From an uncultured delta proteobacterium (lineage in GTDB: Bacteria > Desulfobacterota > Desulfuromonadia > Desulfuromonadales > JACZKF01), in the NCBI GenBank assembly GCA_963816395.1, contig CAWFKQ010000008.1:32001-96000 (forward strand): 64,000 nt of DNA, given 5' to 3'. The notes beneath the pieces are model-generated. The model was not told the origin of the DNA. It did no database searches and saw nothing but the letters and a program-made list of their open reading frames with translations. Positions within the stretch are counted from its first letter, which is position 1. Each line of letters opens with the position of its first letter. The position numbers and the translations under genes were made by a program. Of the stretch, positions 9,281 to 21,264 are shown piece after piece.

Positions 9281-11179
9281 ATGCAGAATTCCGGGCAATC
9301 CGTTTCTCAGGGACCCAGCGGCCGCTACCTGCTGTTCCTTTCCCTGACCGCCCTCGGCGTGGTTTACGGCGATATCGGCACCAGCCCCCTGTATGCCCTG
9401 CGGGAATGTTTCGGCAGCCATAACCACATTGCGGTTTCCCTGCCCAATATCCTGGGGGTGCTCTCCCTGATCCTGTGGTCACTGATCCTGGTGATTTCCC
9501 TCAAGTACCTGGTCTTCATCCTGCGCGCCGACAATCGCGGCGAAGGCGGCATCCTGGCATTGACCGCCCTGGTGACGCCGGTGCGGGCCTCGGCCACGGG
9601 GGGACGCTGGCTGCTGGTGGTGATGGGGCTTTTCGGCGCCGCGCTGCTCTACGGGGACGGGATGATCACGCCTGCCATCTCCGTGCTGAGCGCCGTCGAG
9701 GGACTGGAGATCGCCACCCCCTTCTTCGCCCCCTACGTCATCCCGATCACCGTGGCTATCCTGATCGGCCTGTTCTGGTTTCAGCACCGGGGTACGGCCG
9801 GTCTTGGGGCGGTTTTCGGTCCCATTACCCTGCTCTGGTTCGTGGTGCTCTCGGTTATGGGAATTTACCAGATCCTGCAGGAGCCGGCGGTCCTGGCCGC
9901 GGTCAACCCCTGGCACGGGATTGACTTCTTTCTCCGCAACGGCTGGACGGGATTTCTGGTTCTCGGCTCGGTCTTCCTGGTGGTCACCGGCGGCGAAGCG
10001 CTGTATGCCGATATGGGCCATTTCGGCTCCCGGCCGATCAAGCTGGCCTGGTTTGCGGTCGTTCTGCCATCGCTGCTGTTCAACTATTTCGGCCAGGGCG
10101 CGCTTTTGGCCAGGCACCCCGAAGCGGTTGCCAACCCCTTCTACCGCATGGCGCCAGCCTGGGGGTTGTACCCCCTGGTTTTCCTGGCCACGGTGGCCAC
10201 CGTCATCGCCTCCCAGGCGGTGATCTCGGGTGCCTTCTCCCTGACCATGCAGGCGGTGCAGCTTGGCTACAGTCCGCGCCTCGATATCGAGCACACCTCG
10301 GCCCGTGAATTCGGCCAGATCTACCTGCCTGCCGTCAATTGGGGACTGATGGTGGCCTGCATCGGCCTGGTCCTCGGTTTTCGATCCTCCGGCCACCTGG
10401 CCGCTGCCTACGGGGTGGCCGTCACCACCACCATGGTCATCACCACCCTGCTGTTCTATTTCGTCGCCACCCATCGCTGGAAATGGCCGGTGCCGCTGGC
10501 CGCTGTCCTCTGCGCCGGTTTTCTGGCCTTCGATCTTTCCTTCTTCGGGGCCAATATCCTCAAGATCGCCCATGGCGGCTGGTTTCCCCTCCTGGTGGCG
10601 GCAATCATCTTCACTTTGCTGGCCACCTGGAAGAGGGGGCGGCAGATTCTCATCCGAAGGCTGCGGATCACCTCCGTTCCGGTCACTTCTTTCCTGCAGA
10701 GCCTGGGGGCCTTTGCCCCGGCCCGGGTGTCGGGTACGGCGGTGTTCATGAACGGCAATCCGGAGGGGACCCCGACGGCCCTGCTCCACAATCTCAAACA
10801 CAACAAGGTGCTGCACGAACGGCTGATCATTCTCACGGTGGCCACCGAAGAGGTGCCCCATGTCCCGCTTCAGGAGCGGGTGGAGGTGGAGCGGCTCGGG
10901 GAGGGGATCTACCGGCTGACCGCCCGTTACGGATTCATGGAGGACCCCGATATCCCCCGGGCACTCTCCCGGGTGAGTCTGGACGGCTGGAAATTCGATA
11001 TGGCGCAGACCACTTTTTTTCTCGGGCGCGAGACGCTGATCTCCACCGAGAAGCCCGGGATGGCGCGCTGGCGGGAAAATCTCTTCATCTTCATGTCGCG
11101 CAATGCCCGTAGCGCCACCTCCTTTTTCGGTCTGCCGCCGAATCGGGTGGTGGAACTGGGAGCGCAGGTGGAGATATAA
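9281..11179 (+). CDS. kup: Potassium transporter Kup
   Basis: LGVVYGDIGTSPLYAL, GDGMITPAISVLSAVEG, TGGEALYADMGHFG, C-terminus NRVVELGAQVEI. Confidence 0.97.
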   Translation: MQNSGQSVSQGPSGRYLLFLSLTALGVVYGDIGTSPLYALRECFGSHNHIAVSLPNILGVLSLILWSLILVISLKYLVFILRADNRGEGGILALTALVTPVRASATGGRWLLVVMGLFGAALLYGDGMITPAISVLSAVEGLEIATPFFAPYVIPITVAILIGLFWFQHRGTAGLGAVFGPITLLWFVVLSVMGIYQILQEPAVLAAVNPWHGIDFFLRNGWTGFLVLGSVFLVVTGGEALYADMGHFGSRPIKLAWFAVVLPSLLFNYFGQGALLARHPEAVANPFYRMAPAWGLYPLVFLATVATVIASQAVISGAFSLTMQAVQLGYSPRLDIEHTSAREFGQIYLPAVNWGLMVACIGLVLGFRSSGHLAAAYGVAVTTTMVITTLLFYFVATHRWKWPVPLAAVLCAGFLAFDLSFFGANILKIAHGGWFPLLVAAIIFTLLATWKRGRQILIRRLRITSVPVTSFLQSLGAFAPARVSGTAVFMNGNPEGTPTALLHNLKHNKVLHERLIILTVATEEVPHVPLQERVEVERLGEGIYRLTARYGFMEDPDIPRALSRVSLDGWKFDMAQTTFFLGRETLISTEKPGMARWRENLFIFMSRNARSATSFFGLPPNRVVELGAQVEI

Positions 11180-11186
11180 ATTAGCT

Positions 11187-12103
11187 ATGGTCACCTATCT
11201 GAAACTTTTTGGGACGGCCTTTTTCTGGGGCGGAACCTTTGTCGCCGGGCGCCTGCTCGCCCATGACGTCGACCCTTCCTCGGCGGCCTTTTTCCGCTTC
11301 GTCATCGCTTCCTTCTGCCTGCTGATCATCACCTGGCGGGTGGAGGGCCGCTTCCCCGTCTTGAACCGCCGCCAACTGGCGGTGATCGCGGCGCTGGGGC
11401 TGACCGGGGTGTTCTCCTACAACCTGTGCTTTTTCAAGGGGCTCTCCCTGATCGGCGCCGGCCGTGCCGCCCTGATCATCGCCCTCAATCCCGTTTTCAT
11501 CACGCTTTTTTCCGCCATCCTGCACCGGGAGCGGCTGCCGTTTTCGAGGATCGTCGGCATTTTGCTCTCCGTCTCCGGGGCGATCTGGTCATCTCGGAGG
11601 GTCATCCGGGCCGGACCTTCGCCCGGGGACCGGGTCTGGGGGAGCTTCTGATTTTCGGCTGCGTGATCTCCTGGTCGCTGTACTCGGTGATCGGGAAATC
11701 GGCCATGCGCGGTCTTTCTCCCCTGGTGGCTGTCTCCTATTCCGCTTTCGCCGGAACTCTCTTTCTGCTGCTGCCGGCGGGCCTGCACGGAGCGTTTGCC
11801 CAGGCGGTACACTTCAGCTGGGGTTCATGGTTGAGCATCGGGTACCTGGGGGTGTTCGGAACGGTGATCGGTTTTCTCTGGTATTTCCAGGGGATAGAAA
11901 GGATTGGCGCCGCCCGGGCAGGGGTTTTCATCAATTTCGTGCCGGTGAATGCCGTGTTATTGGCCGCCCTGTTCCTGGGGGAGTCGCTCACCTTGTCTCT
12001 GGTCAGCGGCGGGTTGCTGGTCATCGCCGGCTCCTATCTGGCCAATGCTGCCCGGCCCGGCAAACTGTTCCCGCCGATGGGCCGACCGGCAAAGGCCATT
12101 TGA
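11187..12103 (+). CDS. DMT/EamA family transporter (frameshift near 11585)
   Basis: FWGGTFVAGR, two EamA repeats, GAARAGVFINFVPV. Confidence 0.88.
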
Positions 12104-12172
12104 TCCTTCCTGCCCTCGGCGAAAAATACCGGTCCGGCGAAGGAATAGGAAAGCTTCGCCGAGGGCGGGGTC

Positions 12173-12209
12173 AAGAAAAAAGCCGCCCCCAATCGGGGCG
12201 GCTTTTTTT
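12173..12209. terminator. Bidirectional intrinsic terminator
   Basis: AAAAAAGCCGCCCC-CAATC-GGGGCGGCTTTTTTT between convergent genes. Confidence 0.85.
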
Positions 12210-12227
12210 GTCTGGTGACGGGGAGGT

Positions 12228-12623
12228 TCAGGGAACGGCGCCGGCGAAAAACTGCTCGTGGGCGATGCTGTAATCGAAGACGTCGTGGAGGGAGACGCCG
12301 AGGGGCTTCATCAGGAACAGCGCCATGGTGCCGATCATCAGCAGGGCGGCCGTCCAGTTGAGCAGCCCTGTCAGCCAGGGCCAGTCGGCGGGGGAGGCGG
12401 TACGGCGGAGTTCCCGCCGCTTCTTTTCCTCTTCCGCGTCTTCCCGTACCATGGCCCTGGCCGCCCGCCGCATGATCCGTCCGGAAGTCAGGAAAATGAT
12501 CGAGGAGACGAAAAATTGCGGCATCAGCTGGACCGGCATGGCCCCGGAGACCATCATGGCTGCATAAAAAGCCATGGAACATAAACCAAGGGCGGTCAGG
12601 CAATTGCCCAGTTTTGCTCCCAT
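12228..12623 (-). CDS. Hypothetical membrane protein (about 3 TM)
   Basis: 131-aa ORF with hydrophobic segments; RBS AAGGAG. Confidence 0.6.
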   Translation of the reverse strand: MGAKLGNCLTALGLCSMAFYAAMMVSGAMPVQLMPQFFVSSIIFLTSGRIMRRAARAMVREDAEEEKKRRELRRTASPADWPWLTGLLNWTAALLMIGTMALFLMKPLGVSLHDVFDYSIAHEQFFAGAVP

Positions 12624-12887
12624 GTTGGCTCCTTCTCGTTGAGGCGCCGGCCGGCGGCTCGATTCGGCGGAGCGAGTTCTGTTAAAAATTAGCCGCTGTC
12701 CAAAAATAAGTCAAGACCAAAGACTGAACAATTCAGCCGGCGGCGGAACTCCTGGGGGCTGGTTGCATCCCCGTGGGCAGCCGGTATCCTTTGAAATGAC
12801 AGGGTAAGCCTGCTATCCAGGAAAAGGGAAAAGGCCGTTTCGGATGGATGATCCGCTGCCCAGGAGGGAAAGATCCCGGCCACTGAG

Positions 12888-14302
12888 GTGCTGGTCGTCG
12901 GCGCCGGGCCGAACGGCCTGGCGGCGGCGATCGCCATGGCCCGCGACGGCTGGCCGGTAACGGTGGTGGAGGGCGCGGCGACGATCGGCGGCGGCGCCCG
13001 GTCGGCCGAGCTGACCCTGCCCGGATTCGTGCACGACGTCTGCTCGGGGATTCACCCCCTGGGCGTCGCCTCCCCCTTTTTCCGGGAACTGGCCCTGCAG
13101 GAGGAGGGGCTGGAATGGATTCACCCGCCGCTTCCCCTCGCCCATCCCTTCGATGACGGTACGGCGGCGGTGCTGGCTCGGGACCTGCGGGAAACCGGAG
13201 AGTCTCTGCTGCCGGATGCGGCCGCCTGGAGCGGCCTGTTCGCTCCCCTGGTCGGAGACTGGCTGCTGCTGGCGCCGGAGATCCTGGCGCCGCCGATGCA
13301 CTTTCCCCGCCATCCGCTGATACTCGCCCGTTTCGGTCTGACGGCCCTGCGTTCGGCCGCCCGGGTGGCGACCCGGCGCTTCCGGGGTGAGCGGGCCAAG
13401 GCGCTGTTCGCCGGGCTCGCCGCCCATTCTTTCCTTCCCCTGGAGCGTTTCGGTTCGGCGGCCTTCGCCCTGGTGCTGGGCGCGGCCGGCCATGCCGTCG
13501 GCTGGCCGCTGCCGCGCGGCGGCTCGCAGCAGATCGCCGCGGCACTGGCCGCCTGCCTGCAGGGGATGGGAGGGACGATCCTCACCGGCCGGCCGGTCGC
13601 CTCCCTGGCGGAACTGCCGCGGGCGCGCACCATTTTGCTCGATGTCACGCCGCGCCAGCTGCTGGCGCTGGCGGGCGACCGCCTCGGCGGCCATTACCGC
13701 CGGCAACTCGAGCAGTACCGCTACGGCCCGGGGGTGTGCAAGGTGGACTGGGCGCTGGCCGGTCCCATCCCCTGGCGGGCGGCCGATTGCGCCCGCGCCG
13801 GCACGGTTCACCTCGGCGGCACCCTGACCGAGATCGCCGCCGCCGAGCGGGAGGTGTGGGCCGGAGAGCACCCGGCGCGCCCCTTCGTCATTCTCGCCCA
13901 GCAGAGCCTGTTCGATCCCACCCGCGCCCCGGCTCGGCCGGCACACCGGCTGGGCCTACTGCCATGTGCCGGCCGGCTCCGAGCGGGATGTCAGCGGCGC
14001 CATCGAGGCGCAGGTCGAACGCTTCGCCCCCGGGTTTCCGCGACCTGATCCTGGCCAGGCACGTGCGCACTGCCGCCGGTTTCGAGAGATACAATCCCAA
14101 CTGCATCGGTGGCGACATCAACGGCGGGGTGCAGGATCTGCGGCAGCTTTTCGCTCGCCCGGTTGTCCGGGATATCCCCTACAGCACCCCCATCCCCGGT
14201 CTCTATCTGTGCTCCGCCTCCACTCCGCCGGGTGGGGGGGTGCACGGCATGTGCGGCTATCACGCGGCCCGGGCCGCCCTGCGCTGGCAGGAGCTTTCCT
14301 GA
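12888..14302 (+). CDS. NAD(P)/FAD-dependent oxidoreductase, phytoene desaturase family (frameshifts near 13940 and 14035; start uncertain)
   Basis: VVGAGPNGL dinucleotide fold, LPGFVHDVCS, C-terminal GLYLCSASTPPGGGVHGMCG. Confidence 0.88.
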
Positions 14303-14330
14303 ACCGGCAGCGGCGGGGAAGGAGAGAAAT

Positions 14331-15726
14331 TTGCGCTGGCATGACCCCCACAAGGCGGGGCTGCGATTCGCCGTCCTGCCGGCGGCGGCGCTCCTTGCCG
14401 GTTGTGCCGTCTACCGGCCGCTGCCGCTGGATTCGGCCTTCCCCCCGCCGGATACAGCCCGCTCTGCGGGCGGCGGCGCAACAGCTGCGGCATCCCCTGC
14501 TCCCTCCCATCCCCTTTAACCCAGCCGACGGTCTGTCGCCCGACGAAGCCGCCGTCCTGGCGGTGGTCGCCAACCCCGACCTGCGCGCCTCAGCGGCAGC
14601 GCCGCGGAGTGGCGGCGGCGCAGCTGCTGCAGGCCGGCATCCTGCCCAATCCGCAGTTTTCCTACGGCATGGGCTTTCCCACCGGCGGCGGCGCCGGGGC
14701 GGTGACCGCCTTCGACCTGGGACTCAACTGGCAGATCTCCACCCTGCTGGGCCGCGGCGCGCAGATGGCCGCCGCCCGCGCCGGGGAACAAGAGGTCGAT
14801 CTGGAAATCGCCTGGCGCGAATGGCAGGTGGCGCAGATGGCCCGGCTGACCGTGCTGCGGCTGCTGGCCCTCGACCGCCAGCTGGCCCTGGTGGCAGCGG
14901 CGCAGCAGGAGCTGGAAGAGAGCCGGCGAGGCGCTGCGCCGCGCCGTCGAGCTGGGCGAGAAGACGGCCCCCGATCTGGCGGCGGGGGAGGCCGCCGCCC
15001 TGGAAAACCGCCTGGCCCTGCTGGAGCTGCAGCAGCAGCGGGAAAAGGAGCGGCTGCAGTTGAACCGGTTGCTCGGCCAGCCCGCCGCCAGGGAACTGCC
15101 GCTGCAGGCGGCGCCCGCCGCCGCCTGGAACCCTCTGCCGACCCTGGCGGAGGCGACCGCCGATCTGGAGCACCGGCGGCCCGATCTGCTGGCCCTGCGG
15201 GCGGGGTACGAGAGCCAGGAAGCCAGGGTGCGGGCGGCGGTGCAGGCTCAGTTCCCCAGGATCGAGATCGGTCTCACCGGGGCGCGGGACACCGACGGCG
15301 TACGCACCGCCGGTTTCGGCGTCGTCCTCGGGCTGCCGGTCTTCGACCGCCAGCAGGGGGAGATCGCCCGGCAGCGGGCGACCCGCCGGCAGTTGGGGGA
15401 GGAGTACGCGGCCCGGCTTTTCGACAGCGCGCTCCCAGGCGGCGGAGCTGCTGGCGGAGATGGCCGCGGTGCAGCGGCGGATCGCCGCCGCCGAAGCCAC
15501 CCTGCCGTCCCTGCGCCGGCTGGCGCAGCTCTACCGGCAGGCGGCCGCCAGCGGTTCCCGGGACATCCTCCTCTTTTACGGCGCCAGAAAGGATCTGACC
15601 GCCAGAGAGCTGGAGCTGAGCCGTCTGCGGGCGACCCTGGCCGAGCTGGGGGTGGCGCTGGAGACGGCGGCCGGACGCTACTTCCCGGCGGCAGCCGGCA
15701 ACGGGCGGCAAGAGGTGGCGCCATGA
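14331..15726 (+). CDS. TolC-family outer membrane efflux lipoprotein (several frameshifts)
   Basis: TTG start after AAGGAG; lipobox LLAGC; AVVANPDL, QAGILPNPQ, RRPDLLA, LPVFDRQQGEI. Confidence 0.8.
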
Positions 15727-16793
15727 GGCGCTGGCTGCTGCCGGCGGTGCTGGTCGCCATCGCCGCGCTCGTCCTTTATCTTCTCTTCCGCCCTGCCCGG
15801 GAGCCGGAAAAACCGTCATCGGGCCTGCTGCCGGGGCTGGTCGAGACCGGCTCACCGCAGCAGCGGGAGTTCGCTCTTCATCTCCCCTGGCAGGGAGAGG
15901 TGCGCAGCGGCCGGACCGTACAGGTATTGACCCTGGAGGCGGGGCGCATCGAGGCGATGGAGGCGCAGGACGGGGCGACGGTGCGGAAGGGAGACCGCCT
16001 GTTCACCCTCGGCGGCCCGGCGGTGCAGGGGCGCCTGTCGGTGCTGCAGGCGAAGATCAAGGCCCTGCGCCGGCAGCAGGCGGTGGTCGGAAAGACGGTG
16101 GCCCGGGAACGCCGGGCGGTGGCTGAACGGCTGTCCGCCCGGGATAGCCTGGAGGCGGCCGAAGAGCGCCTGGCGCAGCTCGGCGGCAGTCTCCAGGAGG
16201 CGCAGCAGGCGCTGCAGACGCTCACCGACCACACCAGCATCCGGGCGCCCATCGGCGGGGTGCTGACCGGCCTGCAGGTCAGCGCCGGCCAGGCGGTGAG
16301 CGCCGACACCGGACTGGCGCGGGTGGTCGATCCGGCGGTGCTGCAGGTGTTCGCCACCCTGTTCCCGCCGCCGGGAGTCTCCCTGGTCGGGCTGCCGGCG
16401 GCATTCGACGGGGCGCCCGGCCTGGCGGCGACGGTGGCCGCGGTCCTGCCGGAAACGGGGCCGGAGGGGGGAACCCGTATTCGCCTGGAGGGGCCCGGCC
16501 TCGGGGGGCGGCTGCATCCCGGCCAGCCGGTGAGCGGGACGCTTGCCGCACCGCCGCACCGCGCCCTCGCCGTGCCCGCCGCCGCCCTGGTCTACAACCG
16601 GGAGGAGGAGGCCTTCGTCCTGGTGCATAAGGAGGACGGCGGATTCGATCCCCGGCCGGTGCGCACGGGGCTGACCGCCGGCGGCTGGGTGGAGATTCTC
16701 TCCGGGCTGGCCGCCGGCGAACAGGTGGCCACCCGCGGCGCCTACGAGCTGTTCCATCGGGACTTCAACCGCGTTTTCAAGGTGGCCGACTGA
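15723..16793 (+). CDS. RND efflux membrane fusion protein
   Basis: N-terminal TM, lipoyl-like GATVRKGDRLF / IRAPIGGV, C-terminal VEILSGLAAGEQVATRGA. Confidence 0.9.
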   Translation: MRRWLLPAVLVAIAALVLYLLFRPAREPEKPSSGLLPGLVETGSPQQREFALHLPWQGEVRSGRTVQVLTLEAGRIEAMEAQDGATVRKGDRLFTLGGPAVQGRLSVLQAKIKALRRQQAVVGKTVARERRAVAERLSARDSLEAAEERLAQLGGSLQEAQQALQTLTDHTSIRAPIGGVLTGLQVSAGQAVSADTGLARVVDPAVLQVFATLFPPPGVSLVGLPAAFDGAPGLAATVAAVLPETGPEGGTRIRLEGPGLGGRLHPGQPVSGTLAAPPHRALAVPAAALVYNREEEAFVLVHKEDGGFDPRPVRTGLTAGGWVEILSGLAAGEQVATRGAYELFHRDFNRVFKVAD

Positions 16794-19700
16794 TGCGGGG
16801 GCTGCTGCGCACGGTCATTGCCAATCCCCTGGCCGTTCTGCTCGGGGCCGCGGCGCTGGTGCTGCTCGGCCTTTACGCCGCCGGCCGGATGCCGGTCGAT
16901 CTCTTCCCCAACCTGGACGTGCCGGTCGTCAACATTATCGCCCATTACCCGGGAGCGGCCCCCGAGGACCTGGAACTGCTGGTCACCCTGCCGATCGAGG
17001 GGCAGGTGCGCGCCATCCCCGGGGTGCGGCGGGTCTCCTCCGCCACGACCCTGGGAATTTCCCAGGTCACCGTGGAATTCACCTGGGGAACAACGGTGAC
17101 CGCCGCCCGCCAGCAGGTGGAGGGGCGCCTGGCGGCGACGCGCAACCTGCTGCCGCCGGGGGTCGAGCCGGTTCTGGAGAGCATCGGCACCACCTTGCAG
17201 GAAGTGGCCGGCTACCTGGTCATCGGCCCGGGCGATCCGGTCGAGCTGAGCAATACCGTGCGTCTGGACCTGACCACGCGGCTGATGGCCATCGAGGGGG
17301 TCGCCGCGGTGGCGGTGCTGGGCGGCGACCGGCGAGCCTTCCTGGTGCGGGCCAGCCCGCAGTCGCTGCGGCTGTCGGGAATTGCCGCCGGGGACCTGGT
17401 CCGCGCCCTGCGGCAGAACAACCTGACCGCCGTTGGCGGCTATCTGGAGCGGGGTTCCCGGGAATATCCCCTGCGCGGCGATGCCCGTCTGCAGACCCTG
17501 GAGGATCTGCGGGAGCTGCCGGTGACCACCGGAAAAGGGCGGGTTCCTCTCGGGGCGGTGGCGGCGGTGCGGGAAGGGCGGGTGCCCCGCCACTATGAGG
17601 TGCACGGCGACGGTCAGCCGGCGGTGGCCTTCTCGGTGCGCAAGCAGCCCGGGGCCGACACCCTGCGGGTGGCCGGGGAGGTTGACCGGGCCGTCGGCGA
17701 GCTGCGGCGACTTTTCCCCGCCGACACCCGGATCGAAAAATATTACGACCAGTCGGAGATCATCGCCGAGGCTCGCGACGAAATCGTCCGCGACCTCCTG
17801 CTCGGCACGGTGCTGGCGGTGCTCGTCCTTTATCTCTTCCTCGGCGCCCTGCGGCCGACCCTGGCGGTAGCGGCGACCATTCCGCTCAGCCTCATCGTCA
17901 CCCTGGCCCTGATGCGCCTGGCGGGGCTCGGCTTCGACGTCATCACCCTGTCGGCATTGACTCTGGCGGTGGGGATGATCATCGACGACACCGTGGTGGT
18001 GGCGGAGAATATTTTCCGCCACCGGCAGGCGGGAGAACCGCCGGCGGCGGCGACGGTGGCGGGTGCCGCGGAGATCGCCGCCGCCGACGCCTCAGGCACC
18101 TTCACCACTGTAGCCGCCTTTCTCCCCCTGCTGCTGATCACCGGCCTGGCCGCCCTGTTCCTGCGTCCCTTCGGGCTGACGATCAGCGCCGCCCTGCTGG
18201 TGTCCCTGGCGGTTTCCCTCACCGTCATCCCCTTGTTGTTCAGCCGCGGCGGCATCGCCCCTCCGGACCATGACTTTGTCGGAGCGCGTATCCTGCGGCG
18301 GCTGGATGCGGTTCTCCAGAGGGTGCTGTCGGGAGCCTTCCGCCATCCGGCATGGACCCTGGCCCTGGCTGTTCTGGGGTTCGGGTTGGCCGGGCTCGGC
18401 GCCTTTTCCCTCGGCCCCCCCGCCCTGTTGCCGCCTATTGACGAAGGAGCGATTCTCATCGAGTACATCCTGCCGCCGGGGACCGCCCTGGCGGAAAGCG
18501 GCCGGGTGGGCGGCCTGCTCGACCGCGTCGCCTTGGCCGAGCCGGAGGTGACGGCGGTCTACCGGCGGACCGGATCGCCGGCGGCCGGCACCCAGGTCGA
18601 AGGGGTGAACCGCGGGGAAATCCTGGTCAAGCTGGCCCCCCGCAACCTCCGCCAGAAGACGGTGGTCGAGATCACGGCCCGGCTCCGGCAGGCCTATGGC
18701 CGGGTGCCCGGAGTCGTCTTTCTTTTCCACCAGCCGACCCAGGAGAAGATCGACGAAAGCTTCTCGGGGCTGCCCGCCCTTTTCGGCCTGACCATCTTCG
18801 GTCCCGATCCGGAGATCCTGGCGGAGCTGGCGGCGAAAGCGGAAGACCTGCTCGCCGCCCAGCCGGCGGTGAGCAACATCGTCAACAATACCAAGGTGCG
18901 GGCGCCGGAGATTCTGGTCCGTCTCGATTACCGCCGGCTGGCGTTGCACCGGGTGATCGCCGCCGATGTCCTGACGGAGCTGCAGGCCTTGCGGGTGGGG
19001 GTGGAGGCGACGCGCATCGTCCGCCAGCGGGAAGAGATCAGCATCCTGGTGCAATTGGCCGGGGAGGACGCCGAGACCGTGACCGCTCTGGCGCACCTGC
19101 CGGTGCCGACCGCGGCGGGGGGCAGCGTCCCCCTCGGCGAGGTGGCGCAGATCGGCATTGGTGCAGGCGCCGACCGCCGTAAACCGGCTGAACGGCGAAC
19201 GGGAAGTGACCCTGCTGGCTGAGGTGGAGGGGAGTATCCCGTCGCTGGTCACACGTCTGCAGGAGCGCCTGCGCACCCTCTCCTGGCCTTTCGGTTACCG
19301 CTTCGAGTTCACCGGCCAGTACCGGGTGCTGCTGCGCACCGCCGGCGAGTTGCTGGCGGTTATGGCCGGCGCCGTTCTGCTCATCTACCTGATCATGGCC
19401 ATGCAGTTCCGCTCAGCCTGGCAGCCCTTCGCGATCCTGGCCACGGTCCCCTTTTCCCTGGCCGGCGCCCTGGCGGCCCTGGCGATCAGCCGGCAGGGGA
19501 TCGATGTTTCGGTGGGCATGGGGGCACTCACCCTGGTGGGGATTTCGGTCAACAACGCCATCGTGCTCCTCGACTATGCCAACCGGCGGGAGAAGGCCGG
19601 CCTGCTCCGGCAGCAGGCTCTGCAGGCGGCAGCCAGCGTCCGCCTGCGGCCGATCCTGCTGACCGCCACGACCACCATTTTCGCCCTGGTGCCGGCGGCG

Positions 19701-19853
19701 CTCGGCCTTGGGGTGGGGTCGAAGGTCTTTCAGCCCTTCGCCATCACCGTTATCGGCGGCCTGCTGGCAGGTACCGTGGTGACCCTGGTGGTGGTGCCGA
19801 CCCTGGCCGGCCTGAGGAGAGTAAGGAAGCGAGGTAGTGAGGGAGTCAGATAG
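16793..19853 (+). CDS. RND efflux permease, CusA/CzcA-like (frameshift near 19160)
   Basis: MPVDLFPNLD, AVGMIIDDTVVVAENI, GISVNNAIVLLD, RLRPILLT. Confidence 0.92.
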
Positions 19854-19897
19854 CGAGATAGAATTTACTACCTCACTACTTGCTAACTCACTGCTTT
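19814..19897. repeat. Degenerate octanucleotide-periodic inverted repeat
   Basis: aaggaagc/gaggtagt/gagggagt/cagatagc/gagataga followed by complementary actacctc/actactt/gctaactc/actgc units. Confidence 0.5.
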
Positions 19898-19907
19898 CAG
19901 GAGACTC

Positions 19908-21264
19908 ATGCAGGACTTTCACGTTATCGGCATTCTCACCACCCTGGCGGCGCTGTTCGCCTATATCAACACGCGCTTTATCCGCCTGCAGATGACGGTG
20001 GGGCTGATGCTGCAGAGCCTGATCCTCTCCGGGGCGCTGATCCTGCTCGCGCAGTTCGGCCTGGGGCTGGAAAAGCATGCCGAGGAATTCGTGCAGAGTA
20101 TAAGTTTCAACGAATTCCTGCTGCAGGTCGTGCTCAGCTTCCTCCTCTTTTCCGGCGGGCTGTTCGTCGACCTCGAATGAGCTGAAGAACGTCAAGCTCG
20201 ATATCGCCCTGCTGGTGCTGGTCGGGGTGACCCTGTCCACCTTGCTGACCGGTTTCGCCCTGTACGGAATTTCGTTGTGGCTGGGGGTGAAGCTGCGGCT
20301 GATCTACTGCCTGATCTTCGGGGCGCTGATCTCTCCTACCGATCCCGTGGCCGTCCTGGCCACCCTCAAGCGCCTGGGGATCGGCGGCACGGTCGAGGCG
20401 CGTATTGCCGGCGAAGCGCTGTTCAACGACGGGGTGGGGATTGTCCTCTTTCTCACCCTGCTGCGAGTGGCCGGAGGGGAGGCGGGGAGCGGCTTCGCGC
20501 CGCTGGCGCTGCTCTTCGTGCGGGAGGCCTTCGGCGGGCTTGCCCTGGGCTGTCTGATCGGCTGGATCGGTTACCGGCTGCTGCGCCCCCTGGACAGCTA
20601 CCCGGTGGAAATTCTCATCACCCTGGCCATGGTCACCGGCGGCTACTCCCTGGCCCACCATCTGGGCGTCTCCGGTCCCCTGGCCATGGTCGCCGCCGGG
20701 CTGATGATGGGCAGCCATGGGCGCACCTTCGCCATGTCGGAGTTGACCGAGGAGAACCTCGACCGCTTCTGGGAGGTGATCGAGGAGGCCCTGAACGCGA
20801 TCCTTTTCACCCTCATCGGCCTGGAAATCCTGGCCTTTTTCCCGCATCTCAGCGGCGCCCACCTGATCGCCGGCCTGATCGCTATCCCCATCGTCCTGCT
20901 CGCCCGCTTTCTGTCGGTGGGCGGCATGTCTCTGGTCCTCTCGCCGATCAAGATCCTCCCCCGGTATACGGTTCCCCTCCTCACCTGGGCGGGGGTGCGC
21001 GGCGGGATCTCCATCGCCCTCGCCCTCTCCATCCCACAGGCGCCCGAACGCAGCGTGCTGATCGTCGCCACCTACATGGTCGCGGTCTTCACCCTGCTGG
21101 TGCAGGCGACGACCGTCGGTTACCTGGTCAACCGGACGGGTCGGCCTGCCGCCGGAGAAACCGGGAACAAGGGCCTCCCGAGTAGACGTCGTGCAAACCC
21201 CCTCCTCCTCGCATTCCCCTTCGGGAGGAGGAAAAAAGGGTGGTTCCAGGTCATTCATATGTAA
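19908..21264 (+). CDS. nhaP: Na+/H+ antiporter, CPA1/NhaP family (frameshift near 20177)
   Basis: FGALISPTDPVAVL, IAGEALFNDGVG, LTWAGVRGGISIALAL. Confidence 0.88.

Noticed and set aside
20178..20180. TGA in nhaP (and in hup near 57648) as selenocysteine
   Set aside because: Homology continues in a different frame, so these are indels; the hydrogenase L2 motif has Cys, not Sec.
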